Assembly (NCBI GenBank): GCA_013239625.1 | Contig: MU053561.1 | Coordinates: 1,535,818 to 1,599,817, forward strand | Reading direction: 5' to 3' | DNA length: 64,000 nucleotides | Origin: Lama guanicoe | Taxonomy: Eukaryota | Part shown: one piece after another, positions 24,476-37,592 of the stretch | Numbering within the stretch: position 1 is the stretch's first letter | Layout: each line of letters starts with the position of its first letter | Position numbers and translations under genes: made by a program | The notes under the pieces: model-generated | The model's input: the letters and a program-made list of their open reading frames with translations, nothing else | What the model was told of the DNA's origin: nothing | The model's database searches: none

Positions 24476-25945
24476 GACCTAAACCCATTATTTTTGGTTG
24501 ATCAGAATGAAACTTTAGACTAAGTGCCTCCATTGATTTCTATACACTGCAAAATAAAAGTGAAATTATCAGCATGTCATCTGAATCAAAATTTTATCTG
24601 GTGCTTCTCTAGTTTTAGCAAGATAAGATCCAGCAGACATCTGTATTGCTGAAATCTGCCATCAGTATTTTATCTTGGCTTTGCCAACTAGATGATCTGA
24701 TTCACTACAGCAAATTAGTCCCTCAGTCAGGGTGATAGGCTTGGCTGAAACATGCTTTGAATTTGAGAAGTTTACTTTATCTTCACCTGGGTGAAACCAT
24801 TGTTTGCACTAGGCTGCAAGTTGTTGTGGCTCTGACTCCAGAGATACCTGTGTGTAGCTTAAATAGTTGTATGAGGTGATACTGACTTATCTACTTTCAG
24901 ATCCCAAAATACTGTCTTTTCTTATAATACATGCAAAATCAGCTTTTACTTTCTGATTAAATTTGAAGCAAATGTATTTCTGTGATTGAAAGAATTTTTC
25001 GTTGTATAATTTCTTTTCCTTTGTTTTTCTTTTTTTCTCTCTCCAATTGTTTCATAAAAGCAACTAGTCACTGATTTTTACTATGTGTCAGACATTCACT
25101 GGGTGAAGGAAATTCAAAGATGAACAAGACCCATAATCTGCCCTCAAAGCTCTCAAGCCTAGAGCAGTGCCAGACGTACCTGTGAAAAATGCAGTGGGAG
25201 GGTGTAGCCACGTGCTGCTAAGAGAGCAAGTCATTCTTCGTGGCCCCGTGGAAAGACACTTCTCTAAGTCCCTAACTCCTGCTTTAAGATGTTTGTTTGT
25301 TTTTGACAAAGGGTTTACTTGAGTATTGTCCATCTTCCCACACCAATTTATTTTGTAATGAGACAGTCTCAAAAATGACTCCTGCAAAAATGATACGAAC
25401 ACATAATAAGGATTGTGATTCTGTCTTGAAAAAGAACTTCCTTCCTCTCTTGGCCTTCTTCCAGAGTCTGGGAGTGTGAGGTTTGGAAAGAAAGTAGAAG
25501 GTGGTCTGAAAACTCTGAAACGATGAATCCTTGGTGTCTTCTGGGCCAGTCACATAGCAGTGTACCACCTCTCTGCTTTATGGACATACTCATGTCCTCT
25601 TTTTACTTCTTGATGAAAACTATGGGAGATCAGTCCCTACCTCTCTTAATATAGGCAAAGCCAATATGTGATTTTTTTCTGCCCTATTCTCAAAATTTCA
25701 TTCTCTGAAATAAAGCATCTCACTTTCTGCTTTATATAAAAATACATAAAATTAATTCATCATCTTGGTAGAATCTTATTATTCTGATGATAATAATGGG
25801 GAAATGATTCTTGTTTTAATAGAGACCATCTTATCCTAGTAAATAAGTGGCCTGGCCTCCAGAATCCTTTGAACTTTAGCCTTAACTCATTCTTACTTGC
25901 TCTTTAAAATGAGTCCTATGCCTTGGGTTGCTGCTTCACTGTTCT

Positions 25946-26047
25946 TTTTTAATTTTTTTTAAATTGAAGTATACAAGGTTTATAGTGTTTACAATGTTGT
26001 GTTAATTTTTGGTGTACAGCATAGTGATTCAGTTTTATATATATGTA

Positions 26048-26078
<31 letters not shown>

Positions 26079-26542
26079 ATTCCTTTTCATATTCTTTTTC
26101 ATTATAGTCTATTATAAGGTATTAAGTATAATTCCCTGTGCTATACAGTAGGACCTTGCTATTTATCTGTTTTATGTATAGTAGTTAGTATCTGCAAATC
26201 CCAAACTCCCAATTTATCCCTCTACCCCTCCTCCCCACGTGGTAACCACAAATTTGTTTTCTATGTCTGTGAGTCTGTTTCTTTTTTGTAAATGAGTCCA
26301 GTTGTCTCATTTCTTTAGAGTCCACATAAAAGTGATATCATACGGTGTTCTTCTTTCTCTTTCTGACTTACTTCACTTAGTATAACAATCTCCAGGTCCA
26401 TCCGCGTTGCTGCAAGTGACATTATTTTATTCTTTTTTGTGGCTGAGTAGTATTCCTTTGTGTATATATACCATAACTTCTTTATCACATCATTTGTCGA
26501 TGGACATTTAGGTTGCTTCAATATCTTGGCTGTTGTAAGTAG
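25946..26542 (-). mobile_element. 5'-truncated LINE-1 (ORF2 end plus 3' UTR)
   Basis: Poly-T tail, L1 3' UTR with internal (TA)/(TG) microsatellite, ORF2 C-terminus; imperfect TSD TGCTTCACT(G)TTCT at 25932-25945 and 26543-26555. Confidence 0.95.
26315..26521 (-). pseudogene. LINE-1 ORF2p C-terminal remnant (not a host gene)
   Basis: Translation KQPKCPSTNDVIKKLWYIYTKEYYSATKKNKIMSLAATRMDLEIVILSEVSQKEK matches the well-known L1 ORF2p C-terminus (QPKCPS...KLWYIYTMEYYSAIKKNEI...W.DLE.I.LSEVSQ). Confidence 0.93.
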
Positions 26543-27639
26543 TGCTTCACTTTCTATTATGTGTGCCTGTCCTCAATTGCAGTAACATTTTGCTAATAGC
26601 CTTACACAGGAGTGAGTAGTCTCCCCAACACGTGACCTTTGCTAGCCACCTCACATAATGGGATCCACTGCTCACTCTCAAAAGATGGGACAAGGGGACA
26701 ATCTGGTGATGGTGCATAAGCAAGCATATAGTAAGCGGGAAGGAGTGACCATGGGATGCAAACTGTCCTGGTGGGTACAGAAGACCAGACTGCTAACGGG
26801 CTCTGGATGCTGAAGAGGGTATCATTATAATTTCTGACTTCCTGGGACTAAGATGGCCTTCTGAACTAATAAGAAAAGCCTGACTTCCCCTAACTGCATA
26901 GAGGAGGAGAGAAAAAGAACACAGCTAACATTAATGAGTCCCGGACTATGTGACAAGCCCAGTGTTAGACATTTTTATGTATTTGTTCATCTTCAGGGTC
27001 TCCAAAATGTCTCCCAGCTAGTGACTGGCAGAACTGGGAATGGACCCAGAACCATCTGACACCAAACCTACCTCAAAATTGGCCTTCCTAAAGTGTACCT
27101 CTCTGTGTGTTTATCCTTTTCCTGAACCTCAGGCAGCCATATTTATCCAGACCCTGCAAGTGTAAAACTGATGACATAATCATGAGATGGTGTCTGTGGG
27201 ACTATTACAGAAGGATTAGGCTATTATCAACAATTCGGGGGACTAGTATTGTTTTATCAGCATGGGAGTGTTTTCAATTAATTTGTAATTAAATAAAGGA
27301 AGCAATTTACTGACTCTTGGAGGAGTCAGGGCTGGGGAAGGCTTATCTCATCAGTCTCAGCTGTGCATTCTTCTTGCACCGGCTCATTGTTTAGATCACA
27401 GCAGTGATACATGATCTGACCTATAGAAGTAATTCAATAAAACATCAATATTTTCCTTCCTTTAACCCATGGTGGTGTGATGACTGGAGAAATCTGCCTG
27501 AAATGGCCTGCACCACAAGCCCACCAAGGGCTACACCTTTGGCTTTACTGCTTGCTCAGCTATTCCTGCCAAAAAGCCTGGCTGTGTCAGAAATGACCAA
27601 GCTAGTTTTGTCCAGGCAGAGTATATATGAGTGTGGATG

Positions 27640-27694
27640 TATATATATATATATATGTATGTATGTGTGTGTGTGTGTATATATACATACACAC
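27640..27694. repeat. Compound (TA)n(TATG)n(TG)n(TA)n(CA)n microsatellite
   Basis: Direct read. Confidence 0.9.
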
Positions 27695-28639
27695 TCACAG
27701 AGTCTTTGTCTCATTAATTCTGATGTATGCAGGACCCAGCATGGTATCTGTGTCTGATAGTCATGCAGTAATACTAGTTTAAGAAATGGATGAACAAATG
27801 CTATGATAGACGTAAATCTGGATGCCTTGGGATCATAGGGACAGGCATCTAACTGAGATAAGAGGTCAAAGAAAACTTCTCAAGGAAGGAAAAGGTGAGC
27901 TGAGTTTGAAGGGCAAAGAGGGCTCAGCGTGTTGGGTAGGACAGGGAAGGGCCTTCTTGGCATGGGGAATAGTGTGTGTAAATGCACAGACATGGAAGGA
28001 AAAGATCCATCCCTTCCCAGGTTCAGTGGTAGCAAACCTTTCATGGGAGCTCAAGGCCACGTTCGTCTCTGCTCTGCTGTTACATTTGGGTCAGGGATGA
28101 TGGAAGGCCTGCTTTGAAGCACTCAGCCTCTGTCTATAAGAAAGAGTTGAAGTAATTAAGTGGCTTATTAAATTAAAGAGTAATAAAAATTTGTCTGAAT
28201 TCTTTCAGTTTTTCCCCAATATATTTCCTGCCTGAATGCCTGATTTTACTTTGGGAATATCCATCCCTTCCAAGGAAGAAAGTTGGGCAACTTGTGAGCA
28301 ACCAGCTTCATTGGTGATTACAAGCAAAGGGGAATTATTTGCAGATTTGTGTGAAAGTGTACATGGGGTAGAAGCCATGGGGAGGAGGTAGCGTAAGGCA
28401 GAGACAGAAAATATCTGTCTTTTTGACAGTACCTTTGTTCACATTTATTCACATTTCTCTGAAATATCGCTAGCGTCTTTTCCTAGTGTTACCTCTTGCT
28501 TAGACTATTTTGGCAGTTGTCTTGTTAGAATTTCTGTCTCTCGTGTCTAACCATCGTGATGGGGGTTAATTCCCATTAAGCACGACCCCCTTACCAATCC
28601 CACCGTGAGCCTCACCCCTACCATCTCTTACCTTCACCT

Positions 28640-29010
28640 GACTCCCGCCCGGCCAGACTGACCTAAATACTGTTCTTCAAATGCTTAACTGCACTTAAAC
28701 GCTTCCATCGCTTTGCTCCTGCAGTTCCCTCTGCCTGCAACATCCAAATCTTGCCCAACTCAGGCTGCAGTTTAAACTCTGTGAAAGTGTCTCTGATCTG
28801 TTAGCTAAAAGGAACTCTCCCCTCGTCTCAACCCCTATAGCAGCTTACTTATTAGGCTTCTTTTTGGCGTGTTTAACACTTTTCGGGCTGGTTACGTACC
28901 AGGCTCACTTTGCTTGCCTTGAAGTTTGTGCATCACTCACGTTCGTGTTTCTTAGGCTTCCTTTCACAGTGCCCGAATCGTGGTGGGAAATTAGCTAACG
29001 AGTGAATGAG
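28640..29010 (+). mobile_element. L2 LINE 3' fragment
   Basis: ctttgctcctgcagttccctctgcctgcaac...cacagtgcccg...gagtgaatga. Confidence 0.55.
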
Positions 29011-29105
29011 CCCAGGGGGCTTGGAGACTTCCCTCTGCCAGAGAGGTGTTTAAAGCTGACGGCATTTCTGAGCAGAGATAGTTAAGCTAAGTGCCTCTTT
29101 CTCCC

Positions 29106-29220
29106 CAGCTGCTGGCTTATGTGGTAGTACCGTGCCCAGCTGGGGACAGCTGTACCAGTCGGGACCAGCTGAGCGTCTAGCTACATCCACAGGATGAAAA
29201 CACTCAGGCAGGGGCGGGGC
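29106..29220. promoter_or_regulatory. Candidate bHLH enhancer: four CAGCTG E-boxes plus a GC box
   Basis: CAGCTG at 29106, 29137, 29147, 29166; GGGGCGGGGC at 29211-29220. Confidence 0.4.
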
Positions 29221-30029
29221 TTGTCTTACTGAGTGCTGACTGTGCCCTGGGAAGTCTACCCACGTTTCTCAGGCTTCTGGGTGGGCTTCTGGGCATTAGT
29301 ACCACTTATTAGCTACAGTCTGCAGAAGCGCTTTGGTCTTGTTTTCTTTGTTCCCTCAGGAAGGGAAGTCCTGTGTCTCTAGGCCCTTGGATTTTGTGGA
29401 TTCTCTGCAGATAGTGGCTGGTGTTGTGATGACCATAGTGGGAACACCTGTTTTGGTAAAGGATTATTATTTATTTAAACTGCCCTATTCTAAAAGGATT
29501 TCAGGAAGATTACAAAGAGTTTTTAAAGTGAGAAAATTAATGAAGAAAGAAAAACAGACGTAGGACAAGTAGATGATTAATGATTAACATAGAAAATAAT
29601 TAACATAGAACATGAAGGTCATATTCTCCGTATTTGCTGCCAATCAGACTCAGCCTCCTGGAAACCAGAACAAAATAAAAGGAAAGCTAATCAATTACAG
29701 GAGTCACCATGTCTGTAAGATAAGAACAAACCAACTGCTCAAGAGGAGCATCCTTCTCTCTGTGCTTTCTGTAGAGGAGCAGCCTGCACGATGCAGGCAA
29801 CGATGTCCTTAACCCTGAAACACAGAGCAGAGTCCAGGTTTGTTACCCAGTGACAGGCATTGTATCCACGTGGTATGGAACCGCTGTATAGACCAGTGGT
29901 TTTCTCCTGCTCCTTGCAACTTTAGCCCAACAAAGATTTCTGGAGCTACTACTCAGTGTCAGCCAGGAGTAGAGATTTCAGGAACCAGAACACAGCACAG
30001 TATACTGAAACCTAGCAGGGCTATGGCCC

Positions 30030-30450
30030 TTGTCCATCGGATACCAAAAGAGGAGGGAATCTCAGGACAGAGTGAGGGAGCGAGAGTCATAAGAAATGAG
30101 GCCAGAGAGATGGCTGGGCTGGATCGCGCAGGCCTTGGAAGTAAATGTAAGGACTGTCACTCTGAGGGAGATTGGAAACCACTGGAGGATTTTGAGCTGA
30201 GGAGAAATACTTAAATTTTATTATTAAAAGATGCCTCTGTGGCTACTGTTTTGAGTATTCACAGTAAGAGGATAAGGCAGGACTGGAGCGGGTGGTTAGG
30301 AGTGACTTGGGATCATTCTGGTGAGACTTGAGAGAGGTTAGGGTGGCCAGGGTAGGAAGATACACTGCGAAGGAAGACACGTGGGATCGGGGCTTCTGGA
30401 AGGTTGAGCTGGCAGTTCAGATGGATGAAGGAATGTGTTGACAGTAGGAA
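30030..30450 (-). mobile_element. L2 LINE fragment
   Basis: gaaatgaggccagagag...gtaaggactgtcactctgagggagattggaaaccactggaggattttgagc. Confidence 0.7.
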
Positions 30451-30469
30451 GAACTTGAAAGTCCTGAGA

Positions 30470-30638
30470 TGGTGGTTCTCCAGGGTGAGCCACAGACCAC
30501 CTACGTTTGCATCACCTGCAGAGCTTGTTAAAATACAGATTCCTTGGTCCCTGACTGGATCTCCAGAGTTGAAGTCTTGCAGGAACCCTTGTGAGGGCTT
30601 TTCTAGATTATTCTTTTGAACAGCAAAGTTTGGGAACA
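30470..30638. mobile_element. hAT-Charlie MITE (MER5-like)
   Basis: gtggttctcca...gcatcacctgcagagcttgttaaaatacagattcctt...aaagtttgggaacaac. Confidence 0.75.
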
Positions 30639-31530
30639 ACAAAGAATCGGAGTCCTTAAAACTGAAAATCGAGTGTCTTTTATGTAAATTTCAAGTCTAA
30701 TGAGAACAGAAATGAGTATCAGAATTTTTCTCCCCCTTTAAAATAATAATATTTAATAGCAATGTTAGACTCTACCATTTTGGTACGTATACTGTGTGTT
30801 TGATACAGTCCTAAACAATTTATCTGTGTGTCGGGGAGAAATTGTTTGTGGCTAGGGAAGTGTTTTGGTACTGACAACCCTACCCCCACCCCTGTCCCAC
30901 CCATCTAGGATGTGTGGGCCCTAGGAAGAGTCCTTAGCCTGCAGCATAAAGCCATGGGTATGGAGTTGCCAGCTGGAGGCTGAGGTGTGGCAGTGCTCTG
31001 TATAAGAAAAGGGTGGAGAGAAACCTTGGGATGGTGCAGGGTAGGGCTGAGAGTGGGCACCAGGGAGGAAAGGAAGAGGCAGATGCTGACCCTTAAGAGG
31101 ACTGGAGAGGGAGGAAAGACGAAGTGGCAAGAGGGCCACAGGGGACTCCTGGGAATTGGCTGAGATGTTTACACAGGATGTTATGATGCTTTGTTGGACA
31201 GTCTGTGATGTAAACTCTTTCCCACCACCTCCCTCATCAAGTCTTTACCCGTAATGCCCATCTGGTCTGTTTTGGGGCTGCGGTGGTGTGCTGGGTTCTG
31301 CTGTGAAGGGGCACAGACTGAGAACGGAGGCTGCTCGGTCTCCTCTGGTCTGCACCACCATCAGCTCATTCCAGCTAGCGGCAGCATCAGGGAGGCTGTC
31401 AGCTTTGCCACCCAAGACTGTCCTGCTCGCCTTCCCTCCCTCTCCCACTTAAACCCCTTGTGGCTGGTACAGAATCTGTGTGGTAATTTATTGTCTCGGT
31501 GTTTTCCAGGCAGAGAATCTGGAATTAGTG

Positions 31531-31562
31531 TGACCTTTTACCCACAGCAGCTGCTGATTTAT
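31531..31562. promoter_or_regulatory. Composite NBRE / E-box / PBX-HOX motif
   Basis: TGACCTTT 31531-31538, palindrome CAGCAGCTGCTG 31545-31556, TGATTTAT 31555-31562. Confidence 0.35.
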
Positions 31563-32519
31563 TGCAGGGTCTATTAGAGTCTCGTCCAGATGTTGATGGT
31601 CCTGACACGAAAGCCGTTTAATTTGAAATTGGCTCAGCTGGAAAATTAGGTTAACGGTTTTTATAGTCACAGTGCGAAGCAGAAATTTTACCCTTTTTAA
31701 AAAATAAACCCAAAGTGCTAGTGGTACAAACCACAATTCAGAGAAGTTTCCAGTCTGGACCAGGTAGTGTGATGCTGTACCTGGAGGAAGGCTCAAAGGT
31801 GGAAGGGGAGTTCTGCGTTCTTACCTGGGGGGTTCACCACTGGGGCCTCAAGAATGGCTGCTAGAAGGCAAAGAAAGCCTGGGTGAGAAAAGGGGGCCAA
31901 CCCCACCTCACCCCAAAGAGGGAGCATGGACTTGCTTCTCAACTCGGCCCTGAGCGCCAGGATCCTTGCTGCTGATTAACTGCCTGCCAGGTCAGACTTT
32001 CCATCGTTAGGTGGTCCGGGGTACCTGTCAGAGCCCCTGACCTATTTAGTGCTGTATTAGAAGTTTCAGAGCCCTCACCTTGTGCTGGAGCCCAGTCAGG
32101 AGAGGTGCTGGGAGGTAGTGGCTGCTGCCGGGAGGAGCAGTTCACTGAGTTGGAGGGAGGCTTGACATGACTCTAGTTTCTGTTCATCGTTGAAAAACCA
32201 GGCCCCTGAGGTGAGGATGAACTCTGAGGTGAAACACAGACCAGGGTGCACGCTATCTCAATTTGGCCAGTGAGCCCTCCTCCCACCTCGGTGGAATGCT
32301 GCCAGACCCGAGCAGAGTCAGTGGCTCAGGAGAGGGGAGCCTCAGAGCATGACCTTCCTTGTGTTTAGCACTTCAAGAGAAGTACAAACCACCTGGGACG
32401 CACGCGGGGAAGAACCTCAGACCTTGTGACAGGAGGGGCAGAAGTGACTGGAGAAGAGAAGTCTTGGTTGAAATTTCAGGACAAGTGGGTGGTAAATGAT
32501 GTGATCAATTATTTCAGAT

Positions 32520-32810
32520 ATCAGTGATGGAAAAAAGACAGCCTGACTTGTTCTGGGGTCCAAGGAGGAAGTCAGAGTTCAGGGAATGGAAGCCACAGAG
32601 AGGTAGATTCTTGGAAAAATTAAAAATAAGTCCTGCTTCATAGAATTGTTAGAAAATGTTAAGAAAAATATAAGTAATAAGGTCCTTCCCTGTCTCTAGA
32701 ACTGCCTGGGTACCTCTTAGCAAATGTGCCAGGCGGGGAGCAGGTTTAAGCATTGGATGGAGAGTTTCCCTAAAAGACCTTTAAAGTTCCTTGAATCTAT
32801 AATCCTAGGC
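32520..32810 (+). mobile_element. CR1/L3 LINE 3' fragment
   Basis: ggaagccacagagaggtagattcttgg...gacctttaaagttcctt...ctataatcct resembles the L3 3' end. Confidence 0.5.
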
Positions 32811-34479
32811 ACCCAGCTCTAGTCTTCAAATGTTTTCTACTTTTTATATGAAGCTGTCTAAGCCTCACTCTAGTCATTTGATCGATAATAAAACTCTTTC
32901 CACTAGAATATTGAGAGAATGTAAAAGGCCCCATGTGTTCAGTGTTGCAAATCTTTCAGAATGACAAGTAATGTCTAAATGCAAAATAGGTATTTTTCAT
33001 TTAATTATATTAAGGGACAAGTTAGGCAAATTATGCAAACCAAAAGAATTGAATAGTGTGGATATCTTGAAATGTTTACCAGAATTCTACAGCCAGGGAA
33101 GATTTCAGTTCCTGATTCTTTTTCCCTTGAATTTTTATTTGCATCTGCATTTATTTATGCCGGGATAGATGCCCACTGCCTGACCTCCAGTTCTTCATGC
33201 TAATGAGTCCATCATTTCCACGTAGGACAAGCGACTTCATCCCAACCTGGACAAACTAGTGAGTCATAGGTTCTTTTACACACAGGGGTTGAGTCCATCA
33301 GAAACTACCATTCTTTGCAGAGCACTCATAGACAAACTGTGTCTTTATTAATTAAAGCTTTAAAAGGAAAATGCTGACTTAGGGGGACTCACTCATTATC
33401 AGAAGTATCATCCACACTTGCCAAACATCTGGATTTGGCGGATAAACATCTGAGTGGTTCAACTGAATTTTTTTTTTTCATTTGGATGTTTTGATGTCAT
33501 GTTGATGTCATGTAGACCTAGCCTCAGTCAAAACTTGGAGAAAAAATTTGGCAGAAAAAAACCAGAATGACTTAGAGCTAGCCTAATAATCTAAAAAGAA
33601 TAAAGGTTTTTCATTTATGATTGTCATGATGTGAGAAGACACTGGGGGAAAAAGGAAGCATTTTTCTAAATCTGTGAGTAATGACCAAGCAACAGAAAAT
33701 AAGGAATCAAACCCTTAGACCTCTTGCACGATTCAGGCAAATGATAAGTTAGGAAGCCATAAAAATGGTTCAAAGTAAGATGACTTATAAATCATTTCTG
33801 CGGGTGTTCAGAAATCATGACTGTACAAAAATTAGGAGAAAACAATAAACCACAATGTGGGGCATGAAAAAGTGTATGGAAGAAACCACTTATAATATTT
33901 TTGAAGGCTGATGAAGAATAGAGAAGAATCCAAGGAACCTGGCTGAAAATGAATACTGTTAGACCAAAGGTGGGAAAGGAGGAAAGGGATATTGAACATT
34001 GTGTTTCATTGGAACACGGCTCCTTAGCTGTTGAGGATGGATGAGCTCTACCCGCCTACAGGCCTCTTAGAGGCTCATGAAAAGGAAGAGGGCACAGGCG
34101 CATGCATGGTGAGTGCATCTTGGGACGAGTGAGACTCGCGGGGCTTGAGTTAGATCAGCACCGAGTTGTGCAGCTCTACTGGGAGCAGGGAAATTTGTAA
34201 CAATACTCCTTCTTCATTCCTCCCCCTTTCCTTGTCTTTCCTACAGCACCTTCAGGTCATTTATGTGCTCTCTGCACTTCTGGTCTGGTAGATGAGAACC
34301 TTAAGCGCTTCCATACCCGACCCTGCCAGTTGCACACTTAAATTCTCCAGGCCTGTTTCTTCATCTGTAAAATGGGGATATTGAATCGTTTTATTTTAAT
34401 AATAGCATCCAGCTACATGGTATTAAAATTCAGAGAACTGAGCAATTATTAAATAAGAAAGCAGCATTTAGACTGTTTA

Positions 34480-34990
34480 AACTACATTTGTAAAATGATG
34501 TTTCTGACTGAAAGGCAAAGACCTGAAGGTGCTGTAGTAAATAGGCAAAAGACATGCGGGAAAGTATTACACCCAGTGTTCTTTAAAAAAGATTAATAGA
34601 ACGTGCAGATCTTACCAAGCGAAAAGAAGCAGACCCCAGTGTGGGCAGGCACTGAACACGTGAATGATATTAAGAGATTATAGAAATATTGGTAGAAAAA
34701 AGTGAAATGGAATTCAACTTTGAAAAATGCAAAGTAATGTATTTGGGAGCAAGTAACCAGAAACACATGAGTTTGCAATGTTCTGTGGCAACAAAATTAG
34801 CTGGAGACTGAACCATCATGCCAGTGAATAGAAAAGATGGATGATCTGTGTAACCCTAGGGGAGGCTACACTTGGAATTCTGAGTTCAAGTCTCTCTCAT
34901 TGAGAATAAGGGATAAGAAAAAAAAAATGAGGTAAAGAAAGTACAAAACGAATAGTTAGATAATTAAAGGTGGTTGATTTAAGATGAAGA
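34480..34990 (+). mobile_element. CR1/L3 LINE reverse-transcriptase remnant
   Basis: 34707 onward translates MEFNFEKCKVMYLGASNQKH (CR1 motif M.FN..KCKV.HLG..N); about 34863 onward RLHLEF*VQ (CR1 RPHLEYCVQ). Confidence 0.8.
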
Positions 34991-36249
34991 TTTTAAAATT
35001 TTACTGAGTGGCCTGGCTGGCATCAGGCTAAGATAGGAACGTAAAGCATGGTGAATCCCAGTTTATAAACTGTCGTGGAATCATGGAATATTAGAGAAGG
35101 GGGGAGGGTCTTAGAAATCTATTCCATCCCTCCCCCATTTTACAAATGAAGCCAAGACTCAAATAGTTCAAAAAAGGGTGTAGTTGATTAAAGTGATTTC
35201 TCTAGCAGTAAAAGTAAATTTGAAACCTCAGGAGCTCTTGATTCTTAAGCCCTTAACCCAGCAGTTCTAAATGTGGCGTCACTTTTGATGTCTTCTTCTC
35301 TTTGAGGATAAATTCATTCTGTGTTTGTTCTGATGCCTTTCCCCCAGGTCCCTCTCCCTGGACTTCCTTTTTCTAATGACTAACCTCCCCCTGGCCCACG
35401 TCTCCACCTATAAAATGTACCGCTTCTTCCCTCACTGGGGAGATCTCGGTGGAAGCCACTCTTACCTCCAGAAACCTCTCTCCTTCAAACAGAATTAGTT
35501 TTCCCTCCTGTCTGTTCTCTTGGGCTTTTTATTTCTAAACTTCCACTAAGGCAATGATTAGAGGGTATTGCAAGCTTACATGCTCAGCTCCTGCTGTCAT
35601 TATCACTTCATCAGAGGGATGCAGTGTCTTAGTCATCTTTGTGTCTCCATGGCTTATCACAAGGCCTGAGATAAGCAAATGTCTTTCTTTCTATGAGTGT
35701 TAAATAAAGAAAAATGTTTTGTTTTCTTGCCTTCTCTTACTTCTGAAGCTTGTGTCTGTTTCAAGACAGAGCAACTTGGGGAAGTGATGCACATGGCATC
35801 TCCACACTGTTGGTTTCGTTGTTAAAGTACCTCACTTGCTCCCGTCAAACACAGGATGCTTTATCAGTAGAAGCTCTTTGCAGAAATCAGATCTACCTTG
35901 CCTATCAGAATGGAGCCACTCTCCCACCAGCACAGCTGATTGGCCTATTCTGTCATTCAGCTTCTACTCAAATGTGTTTCGTGCAACACAGTATTTCACT
36001 ATCCACCAAAGGAGGATTCCATGGTGAAGTAAATGGGAAATAGTTGGTTAAACAAATGTAACTTGCATTTTGTTACTGCCCTATGTATCATGAATCTCCA
36101 GGCTAGGGATCCACCAATTGAATTTCAGAACTCTTTTCTTATGAGGCATCTTCAGGGAGTCCTGTGTTTTGGGGGACATGCTTTGAGCTATGTTGAGCTC
36201 CCAGACCACATACGTGATCATGCCACATCTCCTGTGTTATGTAGTTAGC

Positions 36250-36485
36250 CAGTGCTTACTGTGTGTCAGACACTGTTGCAATCCTTTATATGTATGAACT
36301 CATTTAGTGCTCACCACCCCCTAAGCTGTAGTTACTGTTCTCACTTCACAGATGAGAAGATTGAGGTATAGAGAGGTTAAGAAGTTTACTCACCATCAGA
36401 CAGACAGCTAATGGGTGGAAGAAGCAGAATTCAATCCCAGATCTTCTGACTTGAATCCTGTATATGAAGCTAAAACTCCACTCCC
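36250..36485 (-). mobile_element. MIR SINE, near full length
   Basis: gcttactgtgtgtcagacactg...cacagatgagaagattgagg...agagaggttaag...gaattcaatcccagatc. Confidence 0.85.
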
Positions 36486-37439
36486 TATAATTGTGACCCC
36501 ATGTTGACTTCTGAGTGCTGTACAATGAGGCCACGTTCTTACTGCAAGCGAACCATTTAACTGAGAGCAGCGGAGATTCTTTCTGAGGCCTCTCATCTCT
36601 GAATCTTCGAATTCTTCCACCATTCTTCAAATGACGAGGTCTAAAATCCTCTTACCTTCTTGGTGACTGGCCTCTGAACCACCTCTGTGGTTCTAGGTCC
36701 TCACGAAGTCGATGCGTCAGCAGTAATCCAGCCAGCTTAGTGTGTGGTTCCACCAACACGAGTCTCTCTCTAGACACATTCTGTTTAGGGAGTTTTATTT
36801 GTGTGTTTGATCAGAGTATCTGTGGTGTATACTTTGCCAGTGGCCCAGGTTTAGCTAAATAATAACTAAACCTCTGCAAAGCATAGGTATGGGGGCTGTT
36901 TCATGAGATCCTTTTGTAAGGGACAGAAACAGCTGACAAGCAAAGACTGCCCTCAGCTAAGATGTCCCCACTTAGGCAAGTCCACAGGTATCACCTCAGC
37001 CTCTCGAAGGGCATTTCCTACCTCTCGTTTTTACAGATATGACCCTTCCCTTACCACCTGGCAGGTGCGGCCAGCCTTTCAGAAGGGAATCAGGAGGTTC
37101 CAGTGACACCCTAGGAAGTCAGTCTGCTTTAGTAAGAGGAACTTCTTTTAATAATGTTTCCATTGACTTAATATTAAATGCAGTGTGGGAAAGAAGATAA
37201 GAGAACGGAAGAAGGAATTTTTTTAAATTATGAATTAAATTGTACAGAAACAGAGAGAGATGTGTCCAGCCAAATGACACTTGGAAACGTTGCTCTCTCA
37301 TCCCCTTAGAACCTCTCAGTTCAGAGGAGCAGACCGTGAGGGGTCTGTCACCTGGATGGAGTGGTCAGGCCTCACTTGAATGGGAATTTCCTCAGTTGAC
37401 AGATGGGGATTGAGTGTCAGTTAGCTAACATTTTTCCTC

Positions 37440-37592
37440 TAATTACTAATTATACCAGAGAAAGGGCCTTTATGGCCAGCGTCCTGGAAATGTGAAATTT
37501 GATCAGTAGAGATTTGCAATAAAGATGGAAGATTGATGTGTGACGTCAGACAGCTGGCAAGGAGGCCCATCAGGCCAGGAGGCCAGCAGCTG
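37440..37592. promoter_or_regulatory. Candidate enhancer (homeodomain/HOX, CRE, E-box cluster)
   Basis: TAATTA at 37440 and 37447, TTTATGG 37469, perfect CRE TGACGTCA 37541-37548, CAGCTG 37551 and 37587. Confidence 0.4.

Noticed and set aside
26315..26521. Protein-like ORF as a host gene
   Set aside because: It is the LINE-1 ORF2p C-terminus within a truncated insertion
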